Below are positions 54,413 to 63,967 of a stretch of 64,000 nt of DNA, piece after piece. Position 1 is the stretch's first letter, and each line of letters opens with the position of its first letter. The stretch lies in assembly GCA_016124415.1 (NCBI GenBank), contig WGNS01000002.1:32933-96932 (forward strand), read 5' to 3'. The notes under the pieces are model-generated. The model searched no databases and had not been told where the DNA came from. It saw nothing but the letters and a program-made list of their open reading frames with translations. Made by a program: the position numbers and the translations under genes. The stretch comes from Gammaproteobacteria bacterium. GTDB lineage: Bacteria > Pseudomonadota > Gammaproteobacteria > SZUA-140.

Positions 54413-54889
54413 TCAAGCGGACTTTTTGAGTCCCTTGCGGGCGGCGGCACCCGGATCTTCCGAGTTGTGTTCCACCCAATGCTTCTCGCCTGAGGTCGTA
54501 ACCTCGCACTTCCAAAAAGGAGCGCTCTCCTTCAGGTAGTTGATGATGTACCGGCAGGCGTCAAAGCTGTCCTTGCGATGCGCGGACCAAACCGCAACCA
54601 GGACGATGGGATCGGTCGGGACCATCTTGCCGACGCGATGGACGACAAGCGCGTCCATGACGTCCCACTCGTCGCTCGCTTCCTGGATGACACGCTCGAT
54701 GTGGCGCTCGGTCATGCCGGGGTAGTAGTCGAGATCCATCGCGTTGACATCCTGACCATCGTTGAAATCACGCATGGTGCCGACGAAGCTGACGACGCCG
54801 CCGTGCTTACCGGCAGGCAGGGCCGTATTTTCGTAGTCGAGGATCTCCTTATAAGGATCCAGGGCATCCTTGGTGATGAATACTTTCAT
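54413..54889 (-). CDS. moaE: molybdopterin synthase catalytic subunit MoaE
   Basis: 158 aa, MoaE fold. GGGAGG RBS overlaps the moaD 3' end. Confidence 0.85.
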   Translation of the reverse strand: MKVFITKDALDPYKEILDYENTALPAGKHGGVVSFVGTMRDFNDGQDVNAMDLDYYPGMTERHIERVIQEASDEWDVMDALVVHRVGKMVPTDPIVLVAVWSAHRKDSFDACRYIINYLKESAPFWKCEVTTSGEKHWVEHNSEDPGAAARKGLKKSA

Positions 54890-54890
54890 A

Positions 54891-55124
54891 TCAACCTCCC
54901 GTTACCGGTGGGAAGAAGGCGACCTCATCGCCATTCTTCAATTCATGGCTGCTGTCGGTGTATTCCATGTTGACGGCGACCAGGATCGACTCGGGCATCG
55001 GCTCGGAAGAGACCTTGCTCCAGAGATCGGCGACCGTGGCGGTGTCCTTGTCGAAGCTGACGGACTCGTCACCCTTGCCCATGCGGTCACGAAGACTCGC
55101 AAAATACCTAACCTTAACGTCCAT
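54891..55124 (-). CDS. moaD: molybdopterin synthase sulfur-carrier subunit MoaD
   Basis: 77 aa ending in the diglycine VTGG. Confidence 0.85.
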   Translation of the reverse strand: MDVKVRYFASLRDRMGKGDESVSFDKDTATVADLWSKVSSEPMPESILVAVNMEYTDSSHELKNGDEVAFFPPVTGG

Positions 55125-55140
55125 AATCTCTCACCTTTAT

Positions 55141-55632
55141 TTATGCGCTAGCGCCGCGGACCCAAGAACCGGACTTACCGCCGGACTTGGAAAGCAGGCC
55201 TACTTCCGAGATGACCATGCCGCGATCAACGGCCTTGCACATATCATAGATGGTCAGCAGGGCAACCTGAACGGCGCACAGGGTCTCCATCTCGACACCG
55301 GTCTGGCCGTTGCAGCGAACGGTGGCCTTGCAGTAGACGGCATTGTTTTCCGGTTCGGGCGTCAGCACCAGATCAACCGAAGTGATCATGATCGGGTGAC
55401 AGAGCGGGACGAGATCCGGGGTCTTCTTGCAACCCATGATACCGGCCGTACGCGCGATGCCCAGGACGTCGCCCTTCTTGTGGCCGCCCTCGATGATCTT
55501 CTGCAGCGTGGACGGCTCCATGTAGATGCGGCCCTCGGCCACACCCTCGCGGGTCGTGATGTCCTTCTCCCCGACGTCGACCATGTAGGCCTCACCGCTG
55601 GCATTGAAATGTGTGAGTTCGTTATAGCTCAT
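55141..55632 (-). CDS. moaC: cyclic pyranopterin monophosphate synthase MoaC
   Basis: 163 aa with the MVDVGEK...LCHP MoaC signature. Confidence 0.9.
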   Translation of the reverse strand: MSYNELTHFNASGEAYMVDVGEKDITTREGVAEGRIYMEPSTLQKIIEGGHKKGDVLGIARTAGIMGCKKTPDLVPLCHPIMITSVDLVLTPEPENNAVYCKATVRCNGQTGVEMETLCAVQVALLTIYDMCKAVDRGMVISEVGLLSKSGGKSGSWVRGASA

Positions 55633-55700
55633 TTGGATGTCATTCTCACAGTTGGTTTATGAACAATGGCTGACGGTCTTCCAGGCATCCGCCCTACCGT

Positions 55701-56801
55701 TTAGCCGCCGATCTGCGTCATGCTCGCACGCGAGCGGTTAATATCCGAGACATTGATCTTGGCGGCGATACTCGCGGCCTTCTTAGCCTCGAATCCATCC
55801 TTGTATTTCTCGTCGTACGCCTGGCGGAACAGTGCGACGATGTCGTCGTCACTGGCGCCCTGGCGCATCAGGTCCTTGAGATGATAGGGCTGCTCAGAAT
55901 AGAGGCAGTTCATAATATTGCCATCGGCGGTAACCCGGATACGCGAACAGTTGCCGCAGAGGCTGCGCGTGAAGGCGGGGATAACGGCGATCTTGCCGGC
56001 ATAACCCGGGGCCTGATAGATGTGGTGTTCGGTACGGGTGCCCGAAGCGGTCGTAATGCCCGGATAGCGGCGTTCGATCTGGCCGCAAAGATCGGCGGCG
56101 CTGGCGAAGTGCTGACCGCTCTCCCAGATCTGATGGGCGTCGAAGGGCATGAATTCGATAAAGCGAACCGTGATCGGCTTATCCTTGGTCAGCTCGCAGA
56201 AATCGATCAACTCGTCTTCGTTGAAACCGCGCATCAGGACGACGTTGATCTTGACGCGGGGGAAACCGAGCTCGACGGCGAGGTCGATACTCTCGAGGAC
56301 CTTGTTCAGGCCACTACGACGGGTGATCTCTTCAAACTTGCCTTCGTCCAGGGAATCCAGGCTGATGTTGACTCCGTGAAGGCCGGCCTCTCTAAGGGCC
56401 TTGGCGTATTTGGGGAACAGCAGACCGTTCGTGGTCAAGTGAGCAGCCTTGACGCCGGGCGTAGCAACGGTGCGGGCGACGATATCGACGATGTCCGGGC
56501 GAACCAAGGGCTCACCACCGGTAAAGCGAACCTTGCGTACCCCCATGCGGGCGAGCAGCTCGACGGTGCGCAGGATCTCGTCGGTGCTCAGCACCATGTC
56601 TTTTTCCTTAAATTGAACGCCCTCTTCCGGCATGCAGTATGTGCAGCGCAGGTTGCATTGCTCGATAACGGCGATACGAACGTAGTCGAAAGTACGGCCG
56701 TGGCGGTCTTGGAGCGGAGGAAGAGGGTTCGTTACAGGCTTGCCGGCGGGCATGGCATCATTGGCGGCCTGAATGTTGGAATCAAGTGACTTGTTGAGCA
56801 T
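55701..56801 (-). CDS. moaA: GTP 3',8-cyclase MoaA (radical SAM)
   Basis: CNLRCTYC radical-SAM motif plus C-terminal cluster cysteines. Start ATG 56801 lies 7 nt after AAGGAGA. The track ORF extends further upstream. Confidence 0.9.
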   Translation of the reverse strand: MLNKSLDSNIQAANDAMPAGKPVTNPLPPLQDRHGRTFDYVRIAVIEQCNLRCTYCMPEEGVQFKEKDMVLSTDEILRTVELLARMGVRKVRFTGGEPLVRPDIVDIVARTVATPGVKAAHLTTNGLLFPKYAKALREAGLHGVNISLDSLDEGKFEEITRRSGLNKVLESIDLAVELGFPRVKINVVLMRGFNEDELIDFCELTKDKPITVRFIEFMPFDAHQIWESGQHFASAADLCGQIERRYPGITTASGTRTEHHIYQAPGYAGKIAVIPAFTRSLCGNCSRIRVTADGNIMNCLYSEQPYHLKDLMRQGASDDDIVALFRQAYDEKYKDGFEAKKAASIAAKINVSDINRSRASMTQIGG

Positions 56802-57419
56802 CGTCCTGTCTCCTTGAGGGCTTGATGGCTTTACGTATTTGCTGTCGCGAGCATATCGCCTGCCAGCATTCATCTTGCGGTACGGCGTCCAGACATTTCC
56901 TGTGTCGACCCGTTCCGATCTTCGGCACGTCGCAGGTGTTTCCGATGTGCAGATTCAGTTGTCGGCCACTGCCCCGGTTACTTGAGCAGACCGACGCCTT
57001 CCCTGATGGATGCATGCCCTTGCGAAGACTGTTCCGGTGTTGACCGTGACTCTTCACGGTGACCGATTCGGCGGAATTTACCGGTCTTGAGCCCGTCAAC
57101 GTAACAGCGAATTCTACCAAACCAAGCGATTCTTGACAATGTTCGTCACCTGATCCGGCGCTTACGACTCGTCTAATTCGCTTTGCGCTTCGCCTCCTGG
57201 GCATAGCAGGCGCCGCCATTCGCTATCAGTGAATACACCATATAGGTGGCGGTGGTTCACGGTATCAGTTTACCTAAGTCGATTTCTTACGCCAGCCTTA
57301 ATGTGTAAGCAGGGGAAAGCGCCAAAACGGCGACGTGTTCGGGTTCGGGACTTGCCGATTGGCGGAAAAGATGGAGAATAAGGCGTTTCGCGTTTCCAAT
57401 GATAAGCGGGGTATAACGA

Positions 57420-58358
57420 ATGACAATATCTAGCCAGCCTCACGCAGGAGTCTGGAAACGTGGGCCGGCGCTGCCCATCGCCCGTTCGCACTGTCCGACC
57501 GCCAGCTACGGCGGCAAGATTTACGGTTTTGGCGGTGGCGGTCCCAGCTTTAAGAGCCAGAACACCGTCATTATCTATGACCCCGCGACCGATGAGTGGA
57601 CGACCGGCTGTCCCATGCCTTCGTACCGCTCCGGCGCCATCGCGACCACCGTTGGCGACCGCATCTACATCATAGGCGGCGGTTTCAAACAGCCCGACGG
57701 CATGTTCCGTTTCCTGCGCACGACCGAGATCTATCATCCCGAAACGGATTCCTGGACCACCGGTCCGGATATGATCATGCCTCATGACTATCCTGCAGGT
57801 CTGTTGCTGGATGACCGTATTTACATCATGGGCGGTCATCATCCCGAGGCAAACAAGACGGGCCCTCAGACCGACCCCGGTTTCGATTTCTGCGAACGCC
57901 TGGATCTGAGCAAGGGCCAATGGGAGGAGATCGCGCCTTTGCCGACCCCTCGTTTCGCCTTGGATGCCGTGATCCTGAACGGTCGCATCGTAACCATGGG
58001 CGGAGTGGCCTTCACGCCCGAAGGTTTCAACAACTTCGACCACCTCGAGTCCTTCGACCCCCGGAGCGGAAAATGGTCCCGCGAGGACTTCAAGTTGCCT
58101 TGGACCGCCGCCGGTGCCGGCGCTTGTCAGTCCGACGGGCAGACTTTCTTTATCTTCGGCGGTTACAGCGGAGACGGCATTAGCGACCATGCCGCCTGCT
58201 ATGACGCGCAGTCCGGGACTTGGCAGCTCCTGCCGCCGATCCCCCAACCCCTGGCTGCCATGGGTGTCGCCTGTATCGGCCGGACCATCTATTTGCTGGG
58301 CGGTTGGGCCGACGACGGCAGGACGCCGCAGGACTGTTTTTATTCCTACACCTTCTGA
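57420..58358 (+). CDS. Kelch-repeat beta-propeller protein
   Basis: 312 aa with five to six Kelch motifs (GGxxxxxxxxxxxxIYDPATDEWT, RSGAIATTVGDRIYIIGG, GGxxPE repeats). No signal peptide. Confidence 0.7.
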   Translation: MTISSQPHAGVWKRGPALPIARSHCPTASYGGKIYGFGGGGPSFKSQNTVIIYDPATDEWTTGCPMPSYRSGAIATTVGDRIYIIGGGFKQPDGMFRFLRTTEIYHPETDSWTTGPDMIMPHDYPAGLLLDDRIYIMGGHHPEANKTGPQTDPGFDFCERLDLSKGQWEEIAPLPTPRFALDAVILNGRIVTMGGVAFTPEGFNNFDHLESFDPRSGKWSREDFKLPWTAAGAGACQSDGQTFFIFGGYSGDGISDHAACYDAQSGTWQLLPPIPQPLAAMGVACIGRTIYLLGGWADDGRTPQDCFYSYTF

Positions 58359-58366
58359 ATGCAGCG

Positions 58367-59128
58367 GTGACCGAGCGGTTCGATGACGCGCAACTGACCC
58401 GATACAGCCGTCACTTTCTGCTCAAGGGTTTTGGAGAGTCCGAGCAGGCTGCGTTGCGGTCGGCCCGGGTTCTCCTTATCGGCCTGGGAGGCCTGGGCGG
58501 CGTCGCCGCCCTTTACCTGGCGGCTGCCGGCGTCGGAGACCTGACCGTTTGCGATCACGACGCAGTCGAACTCTCCAACCTTCAGCGACAGATCATTTAC
58601 GGTGACGCCGACCTCGGCACCGCCAAGACAGAGGCGGCCCGGTCCCGACTCGAGGGACTGAACCCCGACGTGCTTGTTCGCACGATCGATCAGCGTCTGA
58701 ATGGCGACCGCCTGGTGGATGCAATCGAACACGCGGATCTGATCGTCGACGCCAGCGACAACTTCGAAACCCGCTACGCGTTGAATCGGACCTGTTTCCG
58801 TGTGGGCAAGCCACTGGTTTACGGCGCCGCGATCGGAACCGCAGGACAGGCCGCCGTCTTCGTTCCCGGCAACGGGACGGGTTGTCTGCAATGCCTGTTC
58901 GATCCCGAACAGGACGACCCCGAGCGCGACTGTCATTCCGCCGGCGTGTTCGCGCCGTTGACCGGTATCGTCGGCAGCATCATGGCGGGAGAGGCGATCA
59001 AGGTCCTGACCGGTTTCGGCACGTCTTTGGCTGAGCATCTTCTTACGCTCGATGCTCGCGATATGCGCATGCGGCGGACCCTTCGTCCGCGCGAACCGGG
59101 CTGTCCGATTTGCGGGACTGGCGGGTGA
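58367..59128 (+). CDS. moeB: molybdopterin-synthase adenylyltransferase MoeB (ThiF/HesA E1-like)
   Basis: Proposed GTG start (MTERFDDAQLTRYSRHFLLKGFG...) is colinear with MoeB. GLGGLGG Rossmann motif and two CxxC zinc motifs (CLQC, CPIC). The 58220 start in the track overlaps the Kelch gene. Confidence 0.75.
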   Translation: MTERFDDAQLTRYSRHFLLKGFGESEQAALRSARVLLIGLGGLGGVAALYLAAAGVGDLTVCDHDAVELSNLQRQIIYGDADLGTAKTEAARSRLEGLNPDVLVRTIDQRLNGDRLVDAIEHADLIVDASDNFETRYALNRTCFRVGKPLVYGAAIGTAGQAAVFVPGNGTGCLQCLFDPEQDDPERDCHSAGVFAPLTGIVGSIMAGEAIKVLTGFGTSLAEHLLTLDARDMRMRRTLRPREPGCPICGTGG

Positions 59129-59336
59129 TATCGCCCGTCCTACGGGATTCGGCCTCCCGGGGAATTATTGGCCGGGTCTTAAGGTCCATGTCATTCCTTC
59201 CGATATGCGATATAATTACCGGCCCGTATCGCCTGCGCGGCGGCGTATCGCCGTCCCGGAGCCGCGAGATCGGCATATCAGCAATTCACGGGATCGCCGT
59301 CGTGGCAGGTCCCAAGCCCCCCTGGAGGTCCATTCT

Positions 59337-60509
59337 ATGAAGGCAAAAGACCGGCGATTGGCCGAACTGCGTCGCAGTATCCCGGAAGTCAGTCCTGAAG
59401 AAGCGCTTGCGATGCAGAAAGCCGGCGCTGCGCTCGTCGATGTCCGGGACACCGATGAAATAGCCCAGGGCAGCCCGACGGGGGCGCACCGGCTGGGTCG
59501 CAGTTACCTCGAACTCCGCGTCGAGGAGGCCGTGCCTGATATGGATCAACCCATCGTCGTGATGTGCGCCGGCGGCGTACGTTCGTTATTCGCGGCCGAT
59601 GCCTTGAAGAACATGGGCTATACCAAGGTCCATTCGATCGCCGGCGGTTTCAGCCGTTGGAAGAACGAAGGCCGCCCTTTTGAAGTGCCGAAGATGCTCG
59701 ATGCAGAAGCTCGGGAGCGTTACGCGCGTCATATCCTGATGCCGGACGTCGGCGAGGCCGGTCAGCTCAAGCTCCTGAACAGCAAGGTCCTGTTGATCGG
59801 CGCCGGCGGCCTGGGTTCCCCGTCCTCCTACTATTTGGCCGCCGCCGGTGTGGGTACGATCGGCATGGTGGATCACGACGTGGTCGACCAGAGCAACCTG
59901 CAGCGCCAGATTCTGCACAGAGAGGATACGGTTGGGTTGCCCAAGGTCGAATCGGCGCGGCGCGCGCTGCTGGCTTTGAATTCCAAACTCAATTTCGTTG
60001 CCCACGAAACCCACCTCGACAGCAGTAATGTCGAAGAGATTTTCTCGGGCTACGACGTGATCGTCGATGGTACCGACAATCTTGCCACGCGCTATCTGAT
60101 CAACGATGCCTGTGTGAAGATGGGGCTGCCCAACGTTCATGCCGCAGTCTATCGTTTCGAGGGTCAGCTGACGGTGTTCTGGCCGGAATACGGTCCTCAG
60201 CACGGCGGTTGTTATCGCTGCATGTTCCCGAACCCGCCGCCTCCGGAAATGGCCCCTTCGTGCGCCGAAGCCGGAGTGCTGGGCGTGATGCCGGGTACGC
60301 TGGGACTGTTGCAGGCCGTCGAAGTGCTCAAGATCCTGCTCGATATCGGCGAGCCGCTCGTCGGACGTATGCTGCACTACGATGCCCTCGGTGCGCGCTT
60401 TACCGAACTCAAGATCAGGACCAACCCGAATTGCCCGTATTGCCGCGAAGGTGCGGAGTTCCCGGGCTATGAGGACTACGCCCAGGTCTGTGCGTCGACC
60501 AAGTCCTGA
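59337..60509 (+). CDS. rhodanese-ThiF fusion: N-terminal rhodanese domain (CAGGVRS active-site loop) fused to a C-terminal MoeB/ThiF-type E1 domain
   Basis: ATG 59337 lies 9 nt after GGAGG. Residues 1-110 form a rhodanese domain (MCAGGVRS). This is followed by ThiF (LIGAGGLGSP, CYRC...CPYC). The upstream part of the track ORF is an extension. Confidence 0.75.
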   Translation: MKAKDRRLAELRRSIPEVSPEEALAMQKAGAALVDVRDTDEIAQGSPTGAHRLGRSYLELRVEEAVPDMDQPIVVMCAGGVRSLFAADALKNMGYTKVHSIAGGFSRWKNEGRPFEVPKMLDAEARERYARHILMPDVGEAGQLKLLNSKVLLIGAGGLGSPSSYYLAAAGVGTIGMVDHDVVDQSNLQRQILHREDTVGLPKVESARRALLALNSKLNFVAHETHLDSSNVEEIFSGYDVIVDGTDNLATRYLINDACVKMGLPNVHAAVYRFEGQLTVFWPEYGPQHGGCYRCMFPNPPPPEMAPSCAEAGVLGVMPGTLGLLQAVEVLKILLDIGEPLVGRMLHYDALGARFTELKIRTNPNCPYCREGAEFPGYEDYAQVCASTKS

Positions 60510-60543
60510 AGCCGGTTTCCGATAAGGATTATCGGTAGGGACG

Positions 60544-60576
60544 AAAAAGGGGCGGCCTGGGCCGCCCCTTTTTATT
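60544..60576. terminator. bidirectional intrinsic terminator (rhodanese-ThiF / HDOD gene)
   Basis: AAAAAGGGGCGGC-CTGG-GCCGCCCCTTTTTATT. Confidence 0.75.
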
Positions 60577-60593
60577 GCCTTGATGAGGGCTGA

Positions 60594-61523
60594 TTAGCTT
60601 GCAATGCTGAGCGCCATCGACTCGAGGGCGTTACATTCTTCCATGATGCGATTGGCGATGGTGGTGGCCTGGTATTCCGAGATGCCCAGATACTCGAGCG
60701 CGCACGGCGGTGGGCCGACGTAATCGCCTTCGCCCATTCCGAAGGTCTTCAACAGGCCATCGGTCAGCATGACCAGATGCGCGTAGACGGCATGTTCGCC
60801 CTGATAGTTTTCGTCGTGATGGAAGAGTGTCGAGACGACGATTTCCTCGGGCAGATGCCAGGATTCCAGAAGCCACGCCCCAACCTCGCCATGGGTCGCG
60901 CCCAAAGTTTCTTTCTCGATGTCGACGATCGAGCGCTCGGGGGAGGCGGTGACGAACTTGTTCAGGATCAGGAACTCTTGCCGGAACAAGTGGCCCAGAA
61001 TCAAATGTCCGAAATTGTGCAGCAGGCCCGCGAGGTAGGCGAGGCCCGCGGGCGGTCTGGTCTCGCTCGGAAGGGCTGCGCTCAATGCCTGAGCCAGGGC
61101 GGCGCTGAATATCGCATGCTGCCAGTGAGCGTCCAGGCCGAGCGGTACGTTGCGGGGAATTTTGAATGCTCGGGCGGCGGTTGCGCCGAGTGCCAGGTTC
61201 ATGACGGTATTGAAGCCCAGCACCCGTGTCACTGCGGTGAAGACCGAATCGATCTTGCCTCCGTAAGCGAAGAAGGGCGAGCTCGCATAGCGCATGACGA
61301 GAGCAGCCAGGCTGGGATCCAGTTCGATGATTTTGACGAGGTCCTTGATCTCGGCGTCGGGATCGCCGCTGAGCTTTAGGACCTTTGCCGTCATCTCCGG
61401 CATGGGCGGTAACTGCTCAAGGCCGGCGATGCGTTGCCTCAGATCGAGGAGCGGTTCGGATTCGCCTGTCGACCCGGACTTGGCGGCGGAAAATTTCCCG
61501 ACAGAGTTGCCAGCATGAATCAT
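60594..61523 (-). CDS. HDOD-domain signalling protein
   Basis: 309 aa with an HD-related HDOD motif region (LLHNFGHLILGHLF). Confidence 0.65.
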   Translation of the reverse strand: MIHAGNSVGKFSAAKSGSTGESEPLLDLRQRIAGLEQLPPMPEMTAKVLKLSGDPDAEIKDLVKIIELDPSLAALVMRYASSPFFAYGGKIDSVFTAVTRVLGFNTVMNLALGATAARAFKIPRNVPLGLDAHWQHAIFSAALAQALSAALPSETRPPAGLAYLAGLLHNFGHLILGHLFRQEFLILNKFVTASPERSIVDIEKETLGATHGEVGAWLLESWHLPEEIVVSTLFHHDENYQGEHAVYAHLVMLTDGLLKTFGMGEGDYVGPPPCALEYLGISEYQATTIANRIMEECNALESMALSIAS

Positions 61524-61676
61524 ATCGATAACCCGGTTTTGGTCTAGGTGTCAGTAGACCGTGAATTGGATAGCGTTTCGTTGAAGCGCCTCACGGTACG
61601 GCTGATTCATCCTTAATCCGGCGGCGCCACACACTTCATGTCTTGGTTAGCGGCAAATATTGTTCGGGCTTGAAGA

Positions 61677-62489
61677 TCAGGCTGGGGTCGCGGGCAGGAC
61701 GGACGAGAGAAAATCGGCAATGCCGCGGATGTAGCGGTCGCCCTCTTTGTAGCCGTCATAGTGTTGCCCGCCGATTTCAAGCAGGGCGCGCGGTTCGGGG
61801 GCGGCATCGAACAGCGCTTGTCCGTGGCTGAAAGGGATGAATTCGTCGCCCTTGCTGTGGACGATCAGGACCGGCGAGGTGATCCCGTTCATTCGACTCG
61901 AGGTCGGGAACGATGAGCGTAACATCCAGCGAACCGGCACGAATGGATAGTGACGTCCCACGATTTCGGACATCGAAGTGAACGTCGATTCGAGGATTAC
62001 CGCGGCCGGATGATGGCAAGAGGCAATGTAGGCGGCGACCGCCGCGCCCAGTGAGCGCCCGTGAACGATGATTTGCTGGGGCGGAAAACCCTTTTCGGCG
62101 ACGAGGTGCCGCCACGCGGCCTCGGCATCCTGATACAGGCCCTGTTCCCCGGGGCGCCCGCTGCTGAGGCCGTATCCCCGGTAGTCGATAGCGAACACGT
62201 TGAGACCGATGTCGTGAAATTGTCGCAGCGAGTCGGCCACCTCGGACAGGCTGTCCCGGTTGCCGTGAAAGAACAACAGGCAGTAGCGGCTGTCGCCCCG
62301 GGGAATGAACCAAGCGTTGATGCGTTCGCCGTCCGCGGTGGTCAGCGTTTCCTGGCTGTAGTCGAGTCCCAGGTCGCCGGGGGTCGTCGATTGCCCCGGG
62401 CGTGCCTTGAAGATCATGCGATCCTGCGCCAGATAGAGTGCGACCAGGAAAAGGACGTAGAGCAGGGCTAAAACGATCAGCCAAGTCAT
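61677..62489 (-). CDS. alpha/beta-fold hydrolase (serine aminopeptidase S33-like)
   Basis: Start MTWLIVLALLYVLF at ATG 62489 overlaps the pgeF stop. Nucleophile elbow GRSLGAA and an HG oxyanion motif. Confidence 0.7.
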   Translation of the reverse strand: MTWLIVLALLYVLFLVALYLAQDRMIFKARPGQSTTPGDLGLDYSQETLTTADGERINAWFIPRGDSRYCLLFFHGNRDSLSEVADSLRQFHDIGLNVFAIDYRGYGLSSGRPGEQGLYQDAEAAWRHLVAEKGFPPQQIIVHGRSLGAAVAAYIASCHHPAAVILESTFTSMSEIVGRHYPFVPVRWMLRSSFPTSSRMNGITSPVLIVHSKGDEFIPFSHGQALFDAAPEPRALLEIGGQHYDGYKEGDRYIRGIADFLSSVLPATPA

Positions 62490-63223
62490 GAGCCGCCTTC
62501 GATCCAGATCAAGGTTGCCATACGACCCGTGCGCCCGTCTCGGCGATAGGAATAGAAGCGATCGGTATCGTTGTACGTGCAACCGGCATCACTATGGATG
62601 TCCTCCACCCCGCAACGCCGCAACTTGATTCGGGCCAAGGCATGAAGGTCAGCGAGCCAGCGTCCGGTTTCGCCGGATTTGAAGGCATGTCGTGACTCGG
62701 GGGCATCGCCCGTGAACGCCTGCAAGACGTCGGGGCCGACCTCGAAGGCGTCAGGACCGATACATGGCCCGAGCCACGCCATGAGGGGTGAGGTTCGATC
62801 GGCGAATGTTTCCAACGTGGCTTCGACAATCCCCGCCGCGAGCCCGCGCCATCCGGCGTGGATGGCTGCGACCTGGGTGCCGGCATGGTCGGTGATCAGG
62901 ATCGGCAGGCAGTCGGCGGTCATGACGACGCAAACGCGGTCATGAACGCGTGTCCGTATGGCGTCGGCTTCGGGAACCTCCGATATCGGATAGTCCGCTG
63001 CGTCCAGGACCCTGGTGCCATGCACCTGTCTGAGCCAAAGGGGCTCGGCCGGCAGAGATGCGCGCAGTTTCCCCCTGTTTGCCGCTACCGCTGCGGGATC
63101 GTCGCCGACATGGTCGGCGACGTTGAATCCATCGTATGGGGAGGCGCTGCAGCCGCCGTGGCGTAACGTCATCAGTGCCCTTATCCGAGGGGGCGCCGGC
63201 CAGTCGGGAACCAGGATCTGCAT
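62486..63223 (-). CDS. pgeF: peptidoglycan editing factor PgeF (YfiH/DUF152 laccase-like)
   Basis: 245 aa, YfiH family signature motifs (MTADCLPI, IHAGWRG). Confidence 0.8.
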   Translation of the reverse strand: MQILVPDWPAPPRIRALMTLRHGGCSASPYDGFNVADHVGDDPAAVAANRGKLRASLPAEPLWLRQVHGTRVLDAADYPISEVPEADAIRTRVHDRVCVVMTADCLPILITDHAGTQVAAIHAGWRGLAAGIVEATLETFADRTSPLMAWLGPCIGPDAFEVGPDVLQAFTGDAPESRHAFKSGETGRWLADLHALARIKLRRCGVEDIHSDAGCTYNDTDRFYSYRRDGRTGRMATLIWIEGGS

Positions 63224-63244
63224 GGCCCAGGAGGGAAGGCGCGA

Positions 63245-63967
63245 TCAGTGCCGAGGGGTGTCCACGGCTTGCGCCATCTGTTCCGGAGAGGTGTGCCGTA
63301 CCACCTTGCCCTTGACGAGAAAGATGATGTATTCGCAGATGTTCTTCGCGTGGTCGCCGATGCGCTCGAGGGCTCGGACCGACCAGATGATGTCCAGGGA
63401 GCGGCGGATCGTCCGCGGGTCTTCCATCATGAGCGTCATCTGTTGGCGCAGTATGCCCTCGTATTCCATATCGATCATGGCGTCCTCTCGCGTGACCGCG
63501 AGCGCAGCCTCGGCGTCGAGGCGCGCAAAGGCATCCAGGGTATTGCGCAACAGCTGGCAGACGCGTTCTCCGAGGCGCTGGATCTCGATGTATTGGTTGC
63601 GGGGCCGCTCCACCTCGGCCAGATCCAGGGCGCGACGCGCGACCGTCGTCGCCTGATCGCCGATGCGTTCGAGGTCGTTGATGGTCTTGAGGACCGTGAG
63701 TACGAGTCTGAGGTCGCTGGCCGTCGGTTGGCGCCGGACCAGGATTCGCGTGCAGTCCTCGTCCAGGCCGACTTCGAGCGCGTTGACGCGGTGATCGTTC
63801 TCGATGACCGTCATGCACGCCTTGACGTCGCCGCGCACCAGCGCTTGCAACGCATCCGTGATCTGTTGCTCCACGAGGCCGCCCATGACCAGAGCGCGGT
63901 TATGGATGTCCTCGAGTTCGCTGTCGAATTGGCGGGAGATATGATGTCTCCCCCGGGTATCTGCCAT
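63245..63967 (-). CDS. phoU: phosphate signalling complex protein PhoU
   Basis: 240 aa with two PhoU repeats (ERIGDQA, ERIGDHAKNI). AGGAGA RBS. Confidence 0.9.
   Translation of the reverse strand: MADTRGRHHISRQFDSELEDIHNRALVMGGLVEQQITDALQALVRGDVKACMTVIENDHRVNALEVGLDEDCTRILVRRQPTASDLRLVLTVLKTINDLERIGDQATTVARRALDLAEVERPRNQYIEIQRLGERVCQLLRNTLDAFARLDAEAALAVTREDAMIDMEYEGILRQQMTLMMEDPRTIRRSLDIIWSVRALERIGDHAKNICEYIIFLVKGKVVRHTSPEQMAQAVDTPRH

Noticed and set aside
55881-56789. 302-aa ORF antisense to moaA
   Set aside because: Overlaps the radical-SAM moaA gene completely. Low-complexity Gly/Ala/Asp translation.
57270-58247. 325-aa minus-strand ORF overlapping the Kelch gene
   Set aside because: Opposite strand of a gene with clear Kelch repeats. 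No signal of its own.
62940-63818. 292-aa Arg/Pro/Gly-rich ORF overlapping pgeF and phoU
   Set aside because: Composition typical of an out-of-frame translation of GC-rich coding DNA. Both overlapped genes are strongly supported.
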